From Raillietiella orientalis (taxonomy: Eukaryota), in assembly GCA_036172245.1 (NCBI GenBank), contig JAYWIR010000019.1:3658001-3706688 (forward strand): 48,688 nucleotides of DNA, given 5' to 3'. Both the position numbers and the translations under genes were made by a program. Positions 13,701 through 26,429 of the stretch are shown here, piece by piece (positions within the stretch are counted from its first letter, which is position 1; each line of letters begins with the position of its first letter). The notes below the pieces were generated by a model that was given only the letters and a program-made list of their open reading frames with translations, had not been told where the DNA came from and ran no database searches.

Positions 13701-16700
13701 TCAAATGTGTATACATTTTGCATATTTCATAGATATTCTACTTAATTTTTTTTCATTTCGATTAACTATGTATACAATTTTATTTTGTAGAAAAAGAAAT
13801 ATATCTTATGGAACTTAATGCATAAGTCCTTAGTAACAACATCGGTCCAAAGAGTGGTATAGATTAAAAATTTGAATGAAATAAAATAAAACCAACTATG
13901 TTGTATAAAACAACAAAAACTCAAGTAACATAAGGTAACTGATCCCCAGTGAATTCCCAAATCTTTAACAATGACGGCTAATTGCCATCGAAAAAAAGGC
14001 TTAGCATTATTATTTTCCGTCTTCCTGGATTAAAAATCTTGATTTCATTACTAACAGAGCTTATATAATAATTGGCAGCAAACACTTGATGAAACATTTA
14101 CACACAGGATAGTATAAACACGTATAGATAAAATTAACGCAGGAAAGCGAGTGAACAGAAAAATACCAATGTTATTCTCAATGTAAGATTTACTTAAGCA
14201 TAAACTTTCATAATTAATAAAAATTACCTCTTTTTCAACAGTTTTTGCATGTCTGGTTCCTTAACAAAGTCTTTTTTAAGCATATCATTCAGCAAATACT
14301 CTATAAAATTGCAGGAAAAAACTGAGTCAATCTTATCAATCAATGGGTTGCAAAAGGAAACCAAGTTTTCCAGAACTGCACACAATTCTGCTGATGTGAC
14401 TGATATACCTGAGAACACAAAATGAACTTTGAAACATGAATAAATTCTCAATGCAATCAACCAATTGTATAAATAAAAAAAATTACAAAAATTACCAGTC
14501 CTTGCAAAACAAGTTTCTCAAACTGTGCATTATTCTAATCAGTAAATTAATACTAGTTAGCAAATTTAATGACAACATAGTGGACTTCTAGTACAAAAAT
14601 TCTAGTATAGAACTCTGCATAAAAAAGCATTGTATTATATCATTCAATGCTGAAATAAATAAGCATAGCCAAAAAAAATAACAATATACATGTGCATCAG
14701 CCTTGGAAATGTAACAATTAAGATATGATAGAAGTAGAAATCAGCCAAACTGACTAAGCATACTGCAGACATGCCTAGATAACTGGTACTAAAAATTAAT
14801 ACTTTGTTACAAAATTGCGATTCCAAACAAAAATGGCATGTTATAGAACAGACCATACACCTTGAAAAAACATCACCTAGTACATTTTAATGGTTTGTTT
14901 TGGTATGCTGATGCACCTTAATTTCAAGTATCTTAATTTTAATTAATTTTACTCTCATATTCCCTTGTAAATAACAATAAATTATACCAAAATCCTTAAT
15001 TTATAAGCTATTATAACCAACTCTGAACAGAATGATAGCAGCTAACCTTTAAGTTGGCTTCATTTATCATACAGGTTTTAAGATATCAGTTTTATTAAAC
15101 ACAGCATTTACATGCACTTTCATGTTACAAGTCTCTTTCCTTTCCATGTGAAAAATCAATAGTTAAATCAGTTAAGATATACTGCAGAGAAAAACAGAAA
15201 AATGCTTATCACAAGCTGAAGACATCAAACACATATGGATGTATAGTGCATAAAATAAAAAAGCACAAACATTCCCTTGAACTAATGAAAAATGATAGCA
15301 AGTAATAAACAGAACGAAAAATTGAAAAAAAAAAAAAAAAAAAATTAGAATGAGAAGAAAAATTGCAAGGAAACAATTCTAATCCTAAGAAAATTTCTGT
15401 ATGCGAAACCGTCAACCAACTTTTCAATTCGAAACATTCTAAAATCGATCATCCTTTTTGGAAATGCTTTATTATAAAACAAGGTTTCAGAAATCTGCAA
15501 CTACTACATATATAAACTGGGCTGGGTATAACAAGTTACTGTGCAATAGAGACTAATCATAATAAAATTAAAGTAAAATAGCTTGGATTCAAATACTGTG
15601 AAAAGGAGTCTCTGGTATGGTTAACCATAACCATGGAAATAAATTATGGTGTACATACACATCCTATGCTTTTAGTGGTTTCTAGGAATACGTTTCAAAA
15701 AATATATTTACCATTAGTTTTCAGGAGTCCTGTTAACAGACTGGGAATGTTCAAAAAAATACTTGCAGCCCATTTTATCTCTTTCTGATCTGAATTAAAG
15801 GAGTTCTGAAGTCCAATTAAAAACCCATGCAAGATTCTAAGAAGGAGTTCCTTTGTTGAGTAGCCCTAAAATGTTAAACCATTAGGAAAACTTTATATCC
15901 ATGAAGTCTTCATAAATACAGTTGACAATCAGAATCAAAAATTCATTGGATTCATTTTGTATGTGTGTGTGTAAGTATGTGTACACACACACACACATTG
16001 AAAAAACCAAAAAAAATCGACTTTTAGGAACAGAAAGCAGAAAATTGATGTTCTATGGTGTTGTTGTAGAATAACATGGAAGTTTGTTCTGTCTTTAGAA
16101 TGCATCAAAATTTCTACTGCAACACTCTTTTCATTCAAAAATGAGCAACTGCATGTTGAAAATAACATGACAATGACCTTGCACTTTACAGCATACAGAA
16201 TGATACATATGATGAATTAAGTTTACTATGAACAGCACATTGAGTTGATGAAAATGTTGAATGACAGACCCGAAATTTAAAACTTAAGCCACTTGTAAAT
16301 GGCCAAGTGTATGTTTGGTGGTGAAGAATATGAATGACATTATGTTCATGAAATTCACAGCATCAGATGAAAAATGATTTGTGCATAGTACTCATCATGT
16401 TCACATAGCTAGAAATGCTCTATTACACTTCCGGTTACTCATATCTAGTATACTGTATAGAATGCTGCCAACCTTTTTTGGTTTTAAATGTTAGCTTTTA
16501 GCCAGTGATTTGCTCTAAGATGAGAAAGCTTAGCTACCTCTGTGCTACCAATTTCCTTTCCTGGGAAGGAATCATAAGACTACAAGTTGTTTAACTTGTT
16601 TTATGATACCAAATCTAATACAAAACTTGTGACTAATTGTAGGAAAGTTCCACACTAAAGCATTATGAAACGGAAAGCTATAGTAACACTTTCTATAGTA

Positions 16701-19700
16701 TATTTCCTATAATTTATCCATTTTCTTGGCATGTTTTCGGACCATTTATTGATCGCATATTTTTATTTTCATCAGTAGTAATGCTGAAATTTCCAGCAAG
16801 ATATCTTTCCATTTTTCTGAATAACCACAAAAAAACTAATAATAATTAATAATGAAATAATTAAACACAATTTCATAACTGTCCCTGATGCTTTGGGAGA
16901 TAAGCAAGATGCTAGGTGCTGAATAGCAATAGGAGCATGTTACAAGAGCAAACATTTTTAAGCTTCCAAAGGATAATTAAAATAAACAGTAGAGTATCAC
17001 CACAGTATAGATTGTGAAAATATTATAAAAAGATAAAAGAAACCTATTAATACCTATAACTGATTTTAAAACGTGACTATATTCTGATTAACAAAGTTTA
17101 TGAAACACAAGTTCAATACGCTATTTCCTATCTATAAATCCATCATGATAAGTTGTTTAATACTTTACACAAAATAATCAAACGGATTCAACCAATTGAG
17201 TAATTGTGACTGCTTTGAGTTGGCATTTTTCTTTGAGTGTGCTTTTTCCATTTCTATGCTGATAATTGTAAGGTTTTCATCTTAATTATCGGTGTTTACT
17301 TTCATGCTGAGATAGTTCAAGAAGTTTTTTTAGAATTCGAAACATCCCTTTGGAAAAATGTGCATGAATCTCTGTTGGTGGTCATTTTAATGCAATCCAT
17401 TTGATAGTTTCCTAGTATGCATTCCTTTACATACTTTCATTTCATTACAATACGTTTCATTAAACAACTGATTTCATTATTTGGACAAATACTTACAAGA
17501 ATAACTATTTTTATGTTACAATAGATGTAATAATAGACATGCAATTAGAATTCACTTTTGCTACTTACTTTCAAACATTTAATAAGTAAAAATCGTTCAA
17601 TTAATTGTCCCATTTCTGAAGGTAAATTGAGTTCAACTTTTGCTGACAAAATACCCTGAATTAAAGGGCAGTCTAGTTGTTTCCTTTCAAATCCTAGGAA
17701 ATAAACTTCTTCTTGAAAGGATTCGAATTTTCTGGAAGTAGAAAACCTTCCTAACTTTCTTAAAGCATAAGTACTAGCAATTAAAATTAGATTTCGTTAA
17801 ATTTTATTATTTTTCTAATTTGTATTCTGACATAACTTTAATACCTCTGAATCTGAACAAACTCACTGTGTTGATCTTTTAAAAACATGATGACCTGTTC
17901 ATCACTGCTAATGCATTTGCACTTCAGGAGTGCTTCATCCAAAAATTCTGAAAACGAAAGAAACCATCAAAATTTGACCCTGTGATTTTTATATCAATAT
18001 AAAATGAAAATGTATGTGTATGTATTATGAAAAACCTATTATGAAAACAGTTTTTATTAGATGATTCATGTAAACCTGTATCCATGACAAAAGTAATAAA
18101 AAAGAGACTCATACAGAATTTAGATACAATATGTCAATAAGACTTTATTTATAGGAATTGTTGATTGATACATCAGTGCAGATACTATCAAATAAGCAAA
18201 AAGAGGAAGAAAGAAAACATGAAACTATTATCTTTGTTTTCATTACCACCCTAATATCCATCAGGATTCAAACGGTATAAACAAATTCAATAAGTCCAAA
18301 CCAATGGCACAAATTACTCTAAATTACAAATTACTCAAAATACGAAGTAGATTATCATTATAAAATACAATTATGAAATTCTATTCTATGACACAGCCGA
18401 TCCAAAACTGATTGATGTTTCTGCAGTTATTTGTTTCATTACGATGAAAATGGTGTCTCAGCTCAAATGTACTAATGCTAAAATATATCCCCAAGAACAA
18501 CAGCCCAGAATTATATAAACACAGATAAAATTAGAAATGCTCAAAGATTTTGCAGAATAGGATTTATGCTTGGCAGACTGATTACAATTAATAACTAAAA
18601 TTTGTACCTTTTTTGTCTGTCCCCACAAAGGCTCCACGTAAAAAGTCATCTTGTTGTATATGCTTCAACAGTACCATAGTCTTTAGAAAATTATTTTTGA
18701 CAATGCCATAAGATGCTCCACTGGACTGCTGTTGCTCCTTTACAGAATGCATCATATGACTTAAACCCGAAAGAAGCCACAATACACACAGGCGAACAGC
18801 ACTAAATAATGAAGTACATTCTTCAGGCTTGCAAACAAATGAAGCATTACACTAGAAATAAGAAAAATGTTCGTAATTCGAAAAGCACTTTAATTCCTGC
18901 ACATGTATATTTTCTTCAAAAACTGCTTATGTATAGAAAAATTACATTACATCAGTTGTTCTTCATCACTATTTAAAACTTCAATAATGTGCTACAAAGT
19001 ATCACATTTAATGAACTATATTTGTACTAACAGCAATACCATACTTGCTTCAGATGATCTTTCAGATAAGCTATTTTCTTAAACTTTAATAAATGCCGCA
19101 TACGATTTTAAAGGTAACCTTTTGCTAAAATTTCATTACTCAAACTTGGTGACTTTTGATTGCTACAAAATTAAAGACAAGAAAGCAAATTTTCCTTTTA
19201 TGCTATTACTAAACTATGAAAAAATAGTGATCTGTGTTTCACGATAATTTTGCAATTGAGAGTTTTGTACTTTTGGCTATTCTGTTTTTTAAAAGTCAAA
19301 CCATTTTAAACAGTCAGGACTTTTGATTGAAAGAAACCCATAATTTGATCTTCCTGCTGAAATGAGCCATTCAAATAAATTCAGGAAAGCAGCCAATTCA
19401 ATTTCTTTGCAACTATTCACCCTATTATTGTCCAATTTTTTGCTAATACTAGGAGCATTTTATCGAAATTCATATTTTATTTACCATAAAATTTCCAGTT
19501 TCTAAATAACAGTGCACTAAGTTATGAAGTCTGGGGAGAGGAGGAAAGGAGAGCTTTTGATGAAAAGTTCAATTTGATTTTCATTTTTTTCTAAATACTT
19601 AAAAAACGACCAAGATTGGCTGAGTAATAAGTATAGTGAATATAAACATAAGTATAGTGAATGTTTGCATATGTACATTATAAATTTTCTGGTGATTTTA

Positions 19701-22700
19701 AATGTTAGATTTCATCCTCACAACAGATAATTATCCCTTGACTGCTTACTGACTCTCAAAATAAGCTTACAATATATTTTGAAAACAAACTTCAAATTTT
19801 CACCAACAGTAATGAGGTAAATAAAAAAAAAAAAATTCTTGGAGTCATCTGTTTGGTCCTTCACATTTTCCTGTCATTCGACTTAAATGAGGAAATTATC
19901 CTCATTCAACAAGTATTTTAGCATTTAGATCTGCATCCATTTTACATTTACTTATTTATTACAACCTAAGTAAGAACATTGTTTTGCATTCCCAGATAAT
20001 TCTCTACACACAATGAGTAAAGCGGAAGCACAAGTGGTAGTTTCAAGTCACATCATACTAAGACAAGTTTCAGGGAAACTTGTCTTTCGACATTTTGCTG
20101 AAACCTAAACACTTGTATCGTAAAAAACATTTTAACAAGAGCAACTGCTGTAATTTCCATACATCTCATTGATCTCACTTCTTTTGCTTTTATCACATAT
20201 ATTTGTTGCATCTTCTTTTTCCACAAATCCAGCTGCCTTCAAAATTGCATGCCACCTCTCTGTTCAAGAAGCAAGCATTAATTTTTGTTTTTACTAAACT
20301 AATGGTAAATTAGCAGCTCTTTAAATTTAAACATAACTTCTCATTGTAAGCTTATGCTCCAATAACAGTTAATTGAACTGATTAATCCTATTCATACACT
20401 AAATCCATTCACTGCTTTCTTGTAGAAACACTTTTCTGAGTTGAAATTCCGGGAAAACAAATTTAAAGCGTCAATTATTTTCCAACTAGTTTCTTCTTAT
20501 CTATGAGTATATGTTGCTTATTTGGTGATCTTTGTTACTCTCTATGCTAAAAATAGATACCAAGTTGGTGATACCAATTTTGCTTACTAAAAATTCGAGT
20601 TCTTCAATTTTCAGCCTTTTCGATTAGGAAAAATCCACGATTTTCAATTTTAAAAAATTATTACTTGTTTATTAGCATTTTCAGTTCTGTTTTGGAGCTT
20701 TGGGAAATATGAACGTGCCACACTTGCATAAGCAGAATTGAAAATAATTCCAATGCAGGAAACATTTTTTAAAAAGGTACAAACTGGTGTTTCTGCAGAA
20801 CTGTGCATATTGCTGCAAAGTTCTCATTTCTCAATAACAGTTTTACATGATTTAGGTCTACTTATTATCAGATACTGTAGCAAACAAGCATCTGTTGGAT
20901 TAATTACACTTCTAAGAATTTATATGACCACATTAGCTTAGAGTATGGAGGAATTTTGACGTTTTTTTAAAATACTTTTCAAAACGCACAGTGTTGAATA
21001 ATGCACATTTTCAATTCAGTGCATGGTGGTTGCAACTTTAAATACCCTTTTAAAGATCGGTTTAAACTTCATGTTGAATGATGGATTTCAGACATCACAA
21101 TATTGAGAATTTTGAACATTAATTAAAAGAATAATCAAGAAAAAATGCAGCTCATGATTTGCTACTCAATATTAAGATGGGAGAATGTTTATTAAGTGTT
21201 GAATACATTTGATATTGAAAAAAACTGATTGGCTAATAAGAGTTCAATCAGCAAAATATTTTTTTCTTTAATCCAAATGTCGAAATTACCCACTCGGAAT
21301 ACATGAAATGAATAATTCTAGAAATGATAGATACATAATAAACAACATTACTGCAGGGTCAAACCAAATCGAAAAGTTTAATGGAATTCCTAGAAGTTCC
21401 AAATATATTTCTTAAGAATTGAAATAGCCCATAAATCAAAGCACACAAAAAGTACTTCCACTGCATGTATGATAGAGCAATGGCATTCTATGTCAGAGGC
21501 AAAACAATTACCCAATTTTATAATACTTTCACATGACCATGATAATTAAAATTTAATCTTTTACAGACAGAATACAATTTTTTTAAACAAATGCTTCTAT
21601 TTTTAAATAGAAAAATAACTAAAAACTTTAGTTTATATTCACATAATTATTGAGGTCTTTGAGCAGAGATTTAAGGAAAACTTTAGTTTACAGCCATGTT
21701 AAACACAATTTGACAATTTTCATTAAAACCTACCAAGCACTTTCAAATCACACTTTAATAATTGATTTCAAGATATACAAAATTTAGTGATTTCTTAGAT
21801 ACAAAACTGGGTTGATGATAGAGATGTTTGTTATTATTCGTGATTAATTCATAACAATAATAGCAGTACATGAACATCCACTAAAGAAGACGAAAATATA
21901 TTAACAAAGGCCTTTATAGGCATTCAAGAGTGTCTGAACCCTATCCACGTCCACGTCAGCTGAAAGCATTATCAGAATTCCAAATCAGCCAAATTGTTTG
22001 CATGCTATACTATTGAAAATGGATTAATGGATCATTCAATTCTCCATACGTAAGCAAATGAACTACAGCCATTTGTGCTATTAAAAACAGAAATAGGTAA
22101 ACAAAAAAAAAATCTTACCAAAACGTCTTCTAGAAATGCAGTCAAGAACTGTGTGCAGTAAACCTCAGTCAGATTACCAAATGTGATAATTCCACGAAGA
22201 ACTGCTTCATAAGAAATAATCTTTAAAGAGCAGACATGTATAAGATGTTAAAAATAAAATTCATTAAATAAAATTTCCTTATAATTGTTCAAAATTAATA
22301 AACAAATGGGTGAAGTACATGTGTGCAAAGTATTATGCTTCCTAAAAAACTAATTTTATGTTACTTATCTACTTTATATTACCCTGAATAAGAAAATTAT
22401 TACCCACAACAATAATTCCCAGATTTGATAAGGCTAATTTTTGCAAAAATTCAAGGTTTATAAATTACCTTGCAATTTAAGGAATGTTTTAAATATGAAA
22501 ACATAAGTTTGTTTGGAACTGGTCCAATCAATGCCTTTTCCAAAATGCAATTTGCAAGTGAGAATGCATCCCCAGTTGTTCCTTTGGGTAGCAACTAAAA
22601 CATTGCAACAATTAAAACGTGGATTGATTAGTATTCATTATTCTGAAATTTTATTACAAAAAACTAAACACTAATGGAAAAAAATTTTTCTCACATATTC

Positions 22701-23157
22701 TTTAAAACTTTCCGTTCTGACTATTAAAAAATTTTTTGATGCTCATGAGATGGCCTAAATTTACATTTACTATTAAAAAAATATCAACTCTAATGACTGC
22801 AAGAACTAAGTTTGTTTAATGAAACCCAGGAATAGTCCATTATATAAAAACATTGTAATTTCGAAGTCAGTTCTGTTGATGTAAAGGCATCTAGAACTTC
22901 TTATCATTGCTAATATTAATACCAATAGCCTTAACACACACTTCACTTCTTGGTTTACTCAAAAACACTAATATTAACAGGCTTTAATCACTAGATAGTT
23001 ATGGAATATAAAACAACCACCAATATAGAAAGCACTTGTTTCCTACATCAAAACTTACGGTTTTCAAATTCTTTCCCCATAATATATCATTCCAGTGTTC
23101 TTTCCAGGCCTTTATAAGTAATGAATTCAAGCGCGTCTGAACACTATCCACCTCCAT
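7780..23157 (-). CDS. MED24: Mediator of RNA polymerase II transcription subunit 24; 18 exons: 23157-23059, 22594-22469, 22220-22119, 18851-18608, 17947-17845, 17773-17569, 15865-15712, 14408-14228, 12966-12831, 12780-12547, 12419-12247, 12157-11983, 9390-9290, 9222-9006, 8954-8818, 8745-8589, 8189-7971, 7929-7780 (about 970 aa)
   Basis: The N-terminus MEVDSVQTRLNSLLIKAWKEHWNDILWGKNLKT|LLPKGTTGDAFSLANCILEKALIGPVPNKLMFSYLKHSL matches MED24 (ILQAWKERW...PKGATWD..LA.ALLEQAMIGPSPN.L..SYLK). Internal blocks CKPEEC, EIKWAASIFLNIP, KSLLFDICFLLL, EMLLAWENDIL and VILQLMPP also match. All introns are GT-AG with consistent phase, and the exons sum to 2913 nt. The exon 5/6 and 15/16 junctions are the least certain. 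Confidence 0.93.
15960..15997. repeat. Short TG/CA microsatellite with opposed (TG)n and (CA)n blocks in a MED24 intron
   Basis: atgtgtgtgtgtaagtatgtgtacacacacacacacat. Confidence 0.7.
21908..22030 (-). repeat. Degenerate direct copy of MED24 5' UTR and start of exon 1 inside MED24 intron 3
   Basis: aggcctttataggcattcaagagtgtctgaaccctatccacgtccacgtcag...atcagaattccaaatcagccaaatt...ttgaaaatggattaat aligns to about 23106-23232 (aggcctttataagtaatgaattcaagcgcgtctgaacactatccacctccatgtcag...atcagaattccaaatcagccaaatt...ttgaaaatgcattaat). The ATG has become GTG and there is a small deletion. Confidence 0.85.
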
Positions 23158-23449
23158 GTCAGATGAATGTAATATCAGAATTCCAAATCAGCCAAATTAT
23201 ATGCATGCCATACTCTTGAAAATGCATTAATCGATTAATCGTGATATACATATGACGCACATTTCATAAGCATTTTCATATCACATACATAACTCCCAAT
23301 GTTTTCTGATTTTTACATCCATATCAACGTTATGGGGAGTTCATCGAATACAATGCGTACTGTGTCTGTCATCAGGATGTATGATTTCTCATTACATGCT
23401 AAAATGAAATAAAAAGCTCACAAGTATGTATCTAGTGCCACCTTTATGT

Positions 23450-25200
23450 TTTACTTCCTAGTAAGAATCTTTTTCATGGGGAAGATAGGCATTCTCACAT
23501 TTATATTTCTTAAGTATATTTGAAAATACATACACACGATGAATGAGATATTATAGGAAACATTACAAAGGCAATCCAGCATCTTCACAAAACTTGGTGA
23601 AGATACACTATTCCAAAGTAAACTCATATCGATACAATTTTTTATATTAAATTTCCAAAAAATTAAATCTGGCAAATTGCCTAACGCTTCCTCCCCAAAT
23701 GCTACTCTCCACACGAAGACTGCCTTTGTGAAACATATTCCTGCATACAGGAAGTTCTACTTGAAAAAAAAACACTCTAGCAATCATCTGTGCTTTTTGC
23801 AAACGACACTGAAGTTGATACAATTTGCAGGGTAGCCAAATGTCTTCCCTGTCAACCAAACTAATTCTCAACTAAGCTAACAAAACGATAGAAGCATATA
23901 GAGAAAAAGAAACAACGTAACTCTCAAGATCTGTAAATATTTTTGTGCTTATTCATGAAAAAATATGAAAAATTTAATTTCTGCAAATATAACATTTAAG
24001 CTAAAACTGAAACTATTGAATCAAATGATTAATTGCGGAGCATGTAACGGTAGTACGTTCAATTCAAGCAAAGTGCAAAGGAGTCAGGAACTAAGTCGAG
24101 GTAGCAAGTTTCTTGTGCGATCTTTGGGTTGAACCAATGCTAGGAGACTTATGGCACACATACTTGAAAAATAATCTGAAATCGCTATGAAAATATGCAT
24201 TCTATGATATTCACTTGTATAAACAATTCCGACTTTAATGGAGGAACGGTTTTAAAAGTTGGAAGTTTCCATTTCCAAAAATTGATAATTTGTCAGAGCT
24301 TTGATTCATGGCCAATAGGTAGCGGAATTGGCATGCAGTTCCAGTTTTGAAAAAAAAATGTTTTCCTTGAAATTCTACCAAGAAGCTTGACTCCAAAGAA
24401 ATGCCTACCTGGTATTTTTAGAGACGAAAAAATGCACAGAATGCATGGTCGTAGAAACCTGAAAAAACATAATCCAAAATAGCTATCTTTGTTTCATGTC
24501 ATCGCTTTGAAGTTTCTAATTCTTCAGTAGAAAATGAATTTATAGCCAGAAACATCCAAATAGTTAAACAAACTCGGGATTTTCCCTTATAGTTTTATTG
24601 GTTTTTCCTTAATAGTTCGTTAAAAGTTTGGAAATTTGCATTTTCATCAAAAAATATATACAGGTCGATCGATAAATGACTTAAACATTTATGAGTACAT
24701 TCGACAAAATAACTTCCTCTTATCAAACAGGAGTTGGAGTACTCCTATTGTTACTTCACATGACGATTCAAATGGATCCGTCACATATATCTTAAAACCG
24801 ATCTGTCATTTAAATCGATTAATTTTCCTTCAGTATCAAATCAAGGTTGCGATCTTCGAGAGAAAATGTTTTCATTGTAATCGCAGCATTATGCTTTGCC
24901 CCTGAACCCAGAAGGGCTATTAAATCCGAAGTGCAAACTCCGAGCAATTTCTGAGGTTTGCGTATCAACCTGCTTGTGGGTATGTAGCAATGCAACTGAT
25001 CACTTCTGTCTGCCATTCTTCAGGTTCTTAGCTCCGAGTGCCATATCCAACAACCTATATTGGGTAAATACTTTGCGTTGCATCTTTCGAATTTCACCAT
25101 GCGTTCTCCGAACTATCAATGTGAATTCTAAGGAATTCTGTGGAACTTGGAACTTCTGCATTGACAAGAAATTCTATAGTATGCCTCGTTCACCCTCCAG
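23450..25200 (-). mobile_element. Highly decayed RTE-clade-like non-LTR retrotransposon (reverse transcriptase) remnant
   Basis: Minus-strand peptides appear in the expected order: EPEEWQTEVI (cf. PKDWQTGVIIPI), DLIALLGSGAKHNAAI (cf. GISLLSLPGKVYAKI) and, downstream, FFQVELPVCRNMFHKGSLRVESSIWG (cf. LPQVEEFKYLGVLFTSEGRMEREID). Many stops and shifts; ends are undefined. Confidence 0.38.
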
Positions 25201-26429
25201 TATTAAAACGCACAAATATGCAAATATATAAATATTTGCATGCTGGAATTTATATCTTTTGTTTAATCAACTAATTTTTTTCTCCTGGTAGATTCCAATT
25301 TGGCATTCCATAATCATGTTCTTCGCACTTCTAATGGTTGCTTTATGGAGCTACCGGTGTGTTTACATAGAAAACGTAAATAGGATTTACAGTTGCATTA
25401 TTGGTTCACCAGCTTGCGCATGAAAAATTTTTGGCTAACTTCTCGGTTCGGTTGGCTTAATTAGATGAATGCCTGCCTAGCGTATGAGTAAATGGACTTC
25501 TGCTGGAAGCTTGTCGTAAAATTCGATGTATACAAATTGTAAACAGTACAAGAATACGCAAAAGCATGAAAATATCAACTTGCAACTTGCTTGATGTGGA
25601 AGTTGCTAGTCATGTTTGCGCTTTTCAATCCACTTATTGCCATTTCTAAATTTTGTGGTCTTATCTTATAAATGACCCTGTACACTACCTAAGGTTTTAG
25701 GTTGCACTGGTTTAGAAAAGGACTAAATAAAACATTATTTGTCTTATAAGGTATGGTCAGTAATTTGCAACTCATACACATCACGCTGTGCTCATTTCCG
25801 AATACGTAATGCACTATGTAAAAACCGAAAATAAGCACCCAGCAACTTAAGTCCCAAAAACATCATTGGTTAAAATATCCATTTATTAAAATGTCCTTTG
25901 TGTTGGTGTTAATTAATCATATGATTGTGTTCACTAACATCTAGGATTAACTATTACTTCAAATACAAAGAAAACAAAACCCAGAATGCAAGGGCCTGCT
26001 TCGAATAACCAATAATTGTAAATAGAAACATTATTCAAACATCTGCTGCCTTTGAACTGGTCAGTGTTAAAGTTACTCGACAATACTTATTTAACTTTCC
26101 AACATTCCTGTTATCCTCAGAATCAGCTTTTGCAAACAAAGTACAGTAGATTTTGACTTGAACATCCCCTTGTGTACTTCTAACTACTACATGCTGAATT
26201 AGTTGAATCTTTTGATCTTCCATAGATATTTGTTCAGAAAGTAAATATTATACAAAACTGATGGACATCCAATCATTTTTGCTTTTTTTTATCTTCAGAA
26301 AGTTTTACCTGCTTTCAATTTGATCATCCTATTCTGACTAGAAATATCGTCAATCAATCTGAATGAGTCTGTTTTTGCATTCTATAGCTATTTCACTTTG
26401 TGTGTAGATCAGTACTTTGAAAATGAAGC

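Noticed and set aside
16363..16398. Intronic C/D snoRNA (ATGATGA...CTGA on the minus strand)
   Set aside because: The C-to-D span is only about 36 nt, too short, and no rRNA guide was recognised.
17334..17377. Plus-strand exon-like segment (EFETSLWKNVHESLL) resembling MED24, suggesting an inverted exon
   Set aside because: A normal minus-strand exon (17947-17845) fills this position in correct phase, so the resemblance is probably chance.
20060..20086. 12-bp hairpin aagacaagtttc-agg-gaaacttgtctt in MED24 intron 3
   Set aside because: Short, isolated and AT-rich, with no supporting context.
26035..26223. 62-aa minus-strand ORF after CCDC174
   Set aside because: It lies in the probable 3' UTR (AATAAA at about 25882-25887 on the minus strand) and has no recognisable homology.
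23158..26429. CCDC174-MED24 as a trans-spliced operon
   Set aside because: The genes are co-oriented but more than 3 kb apart with a repeat relic between them, so sequence alone cannot support it.
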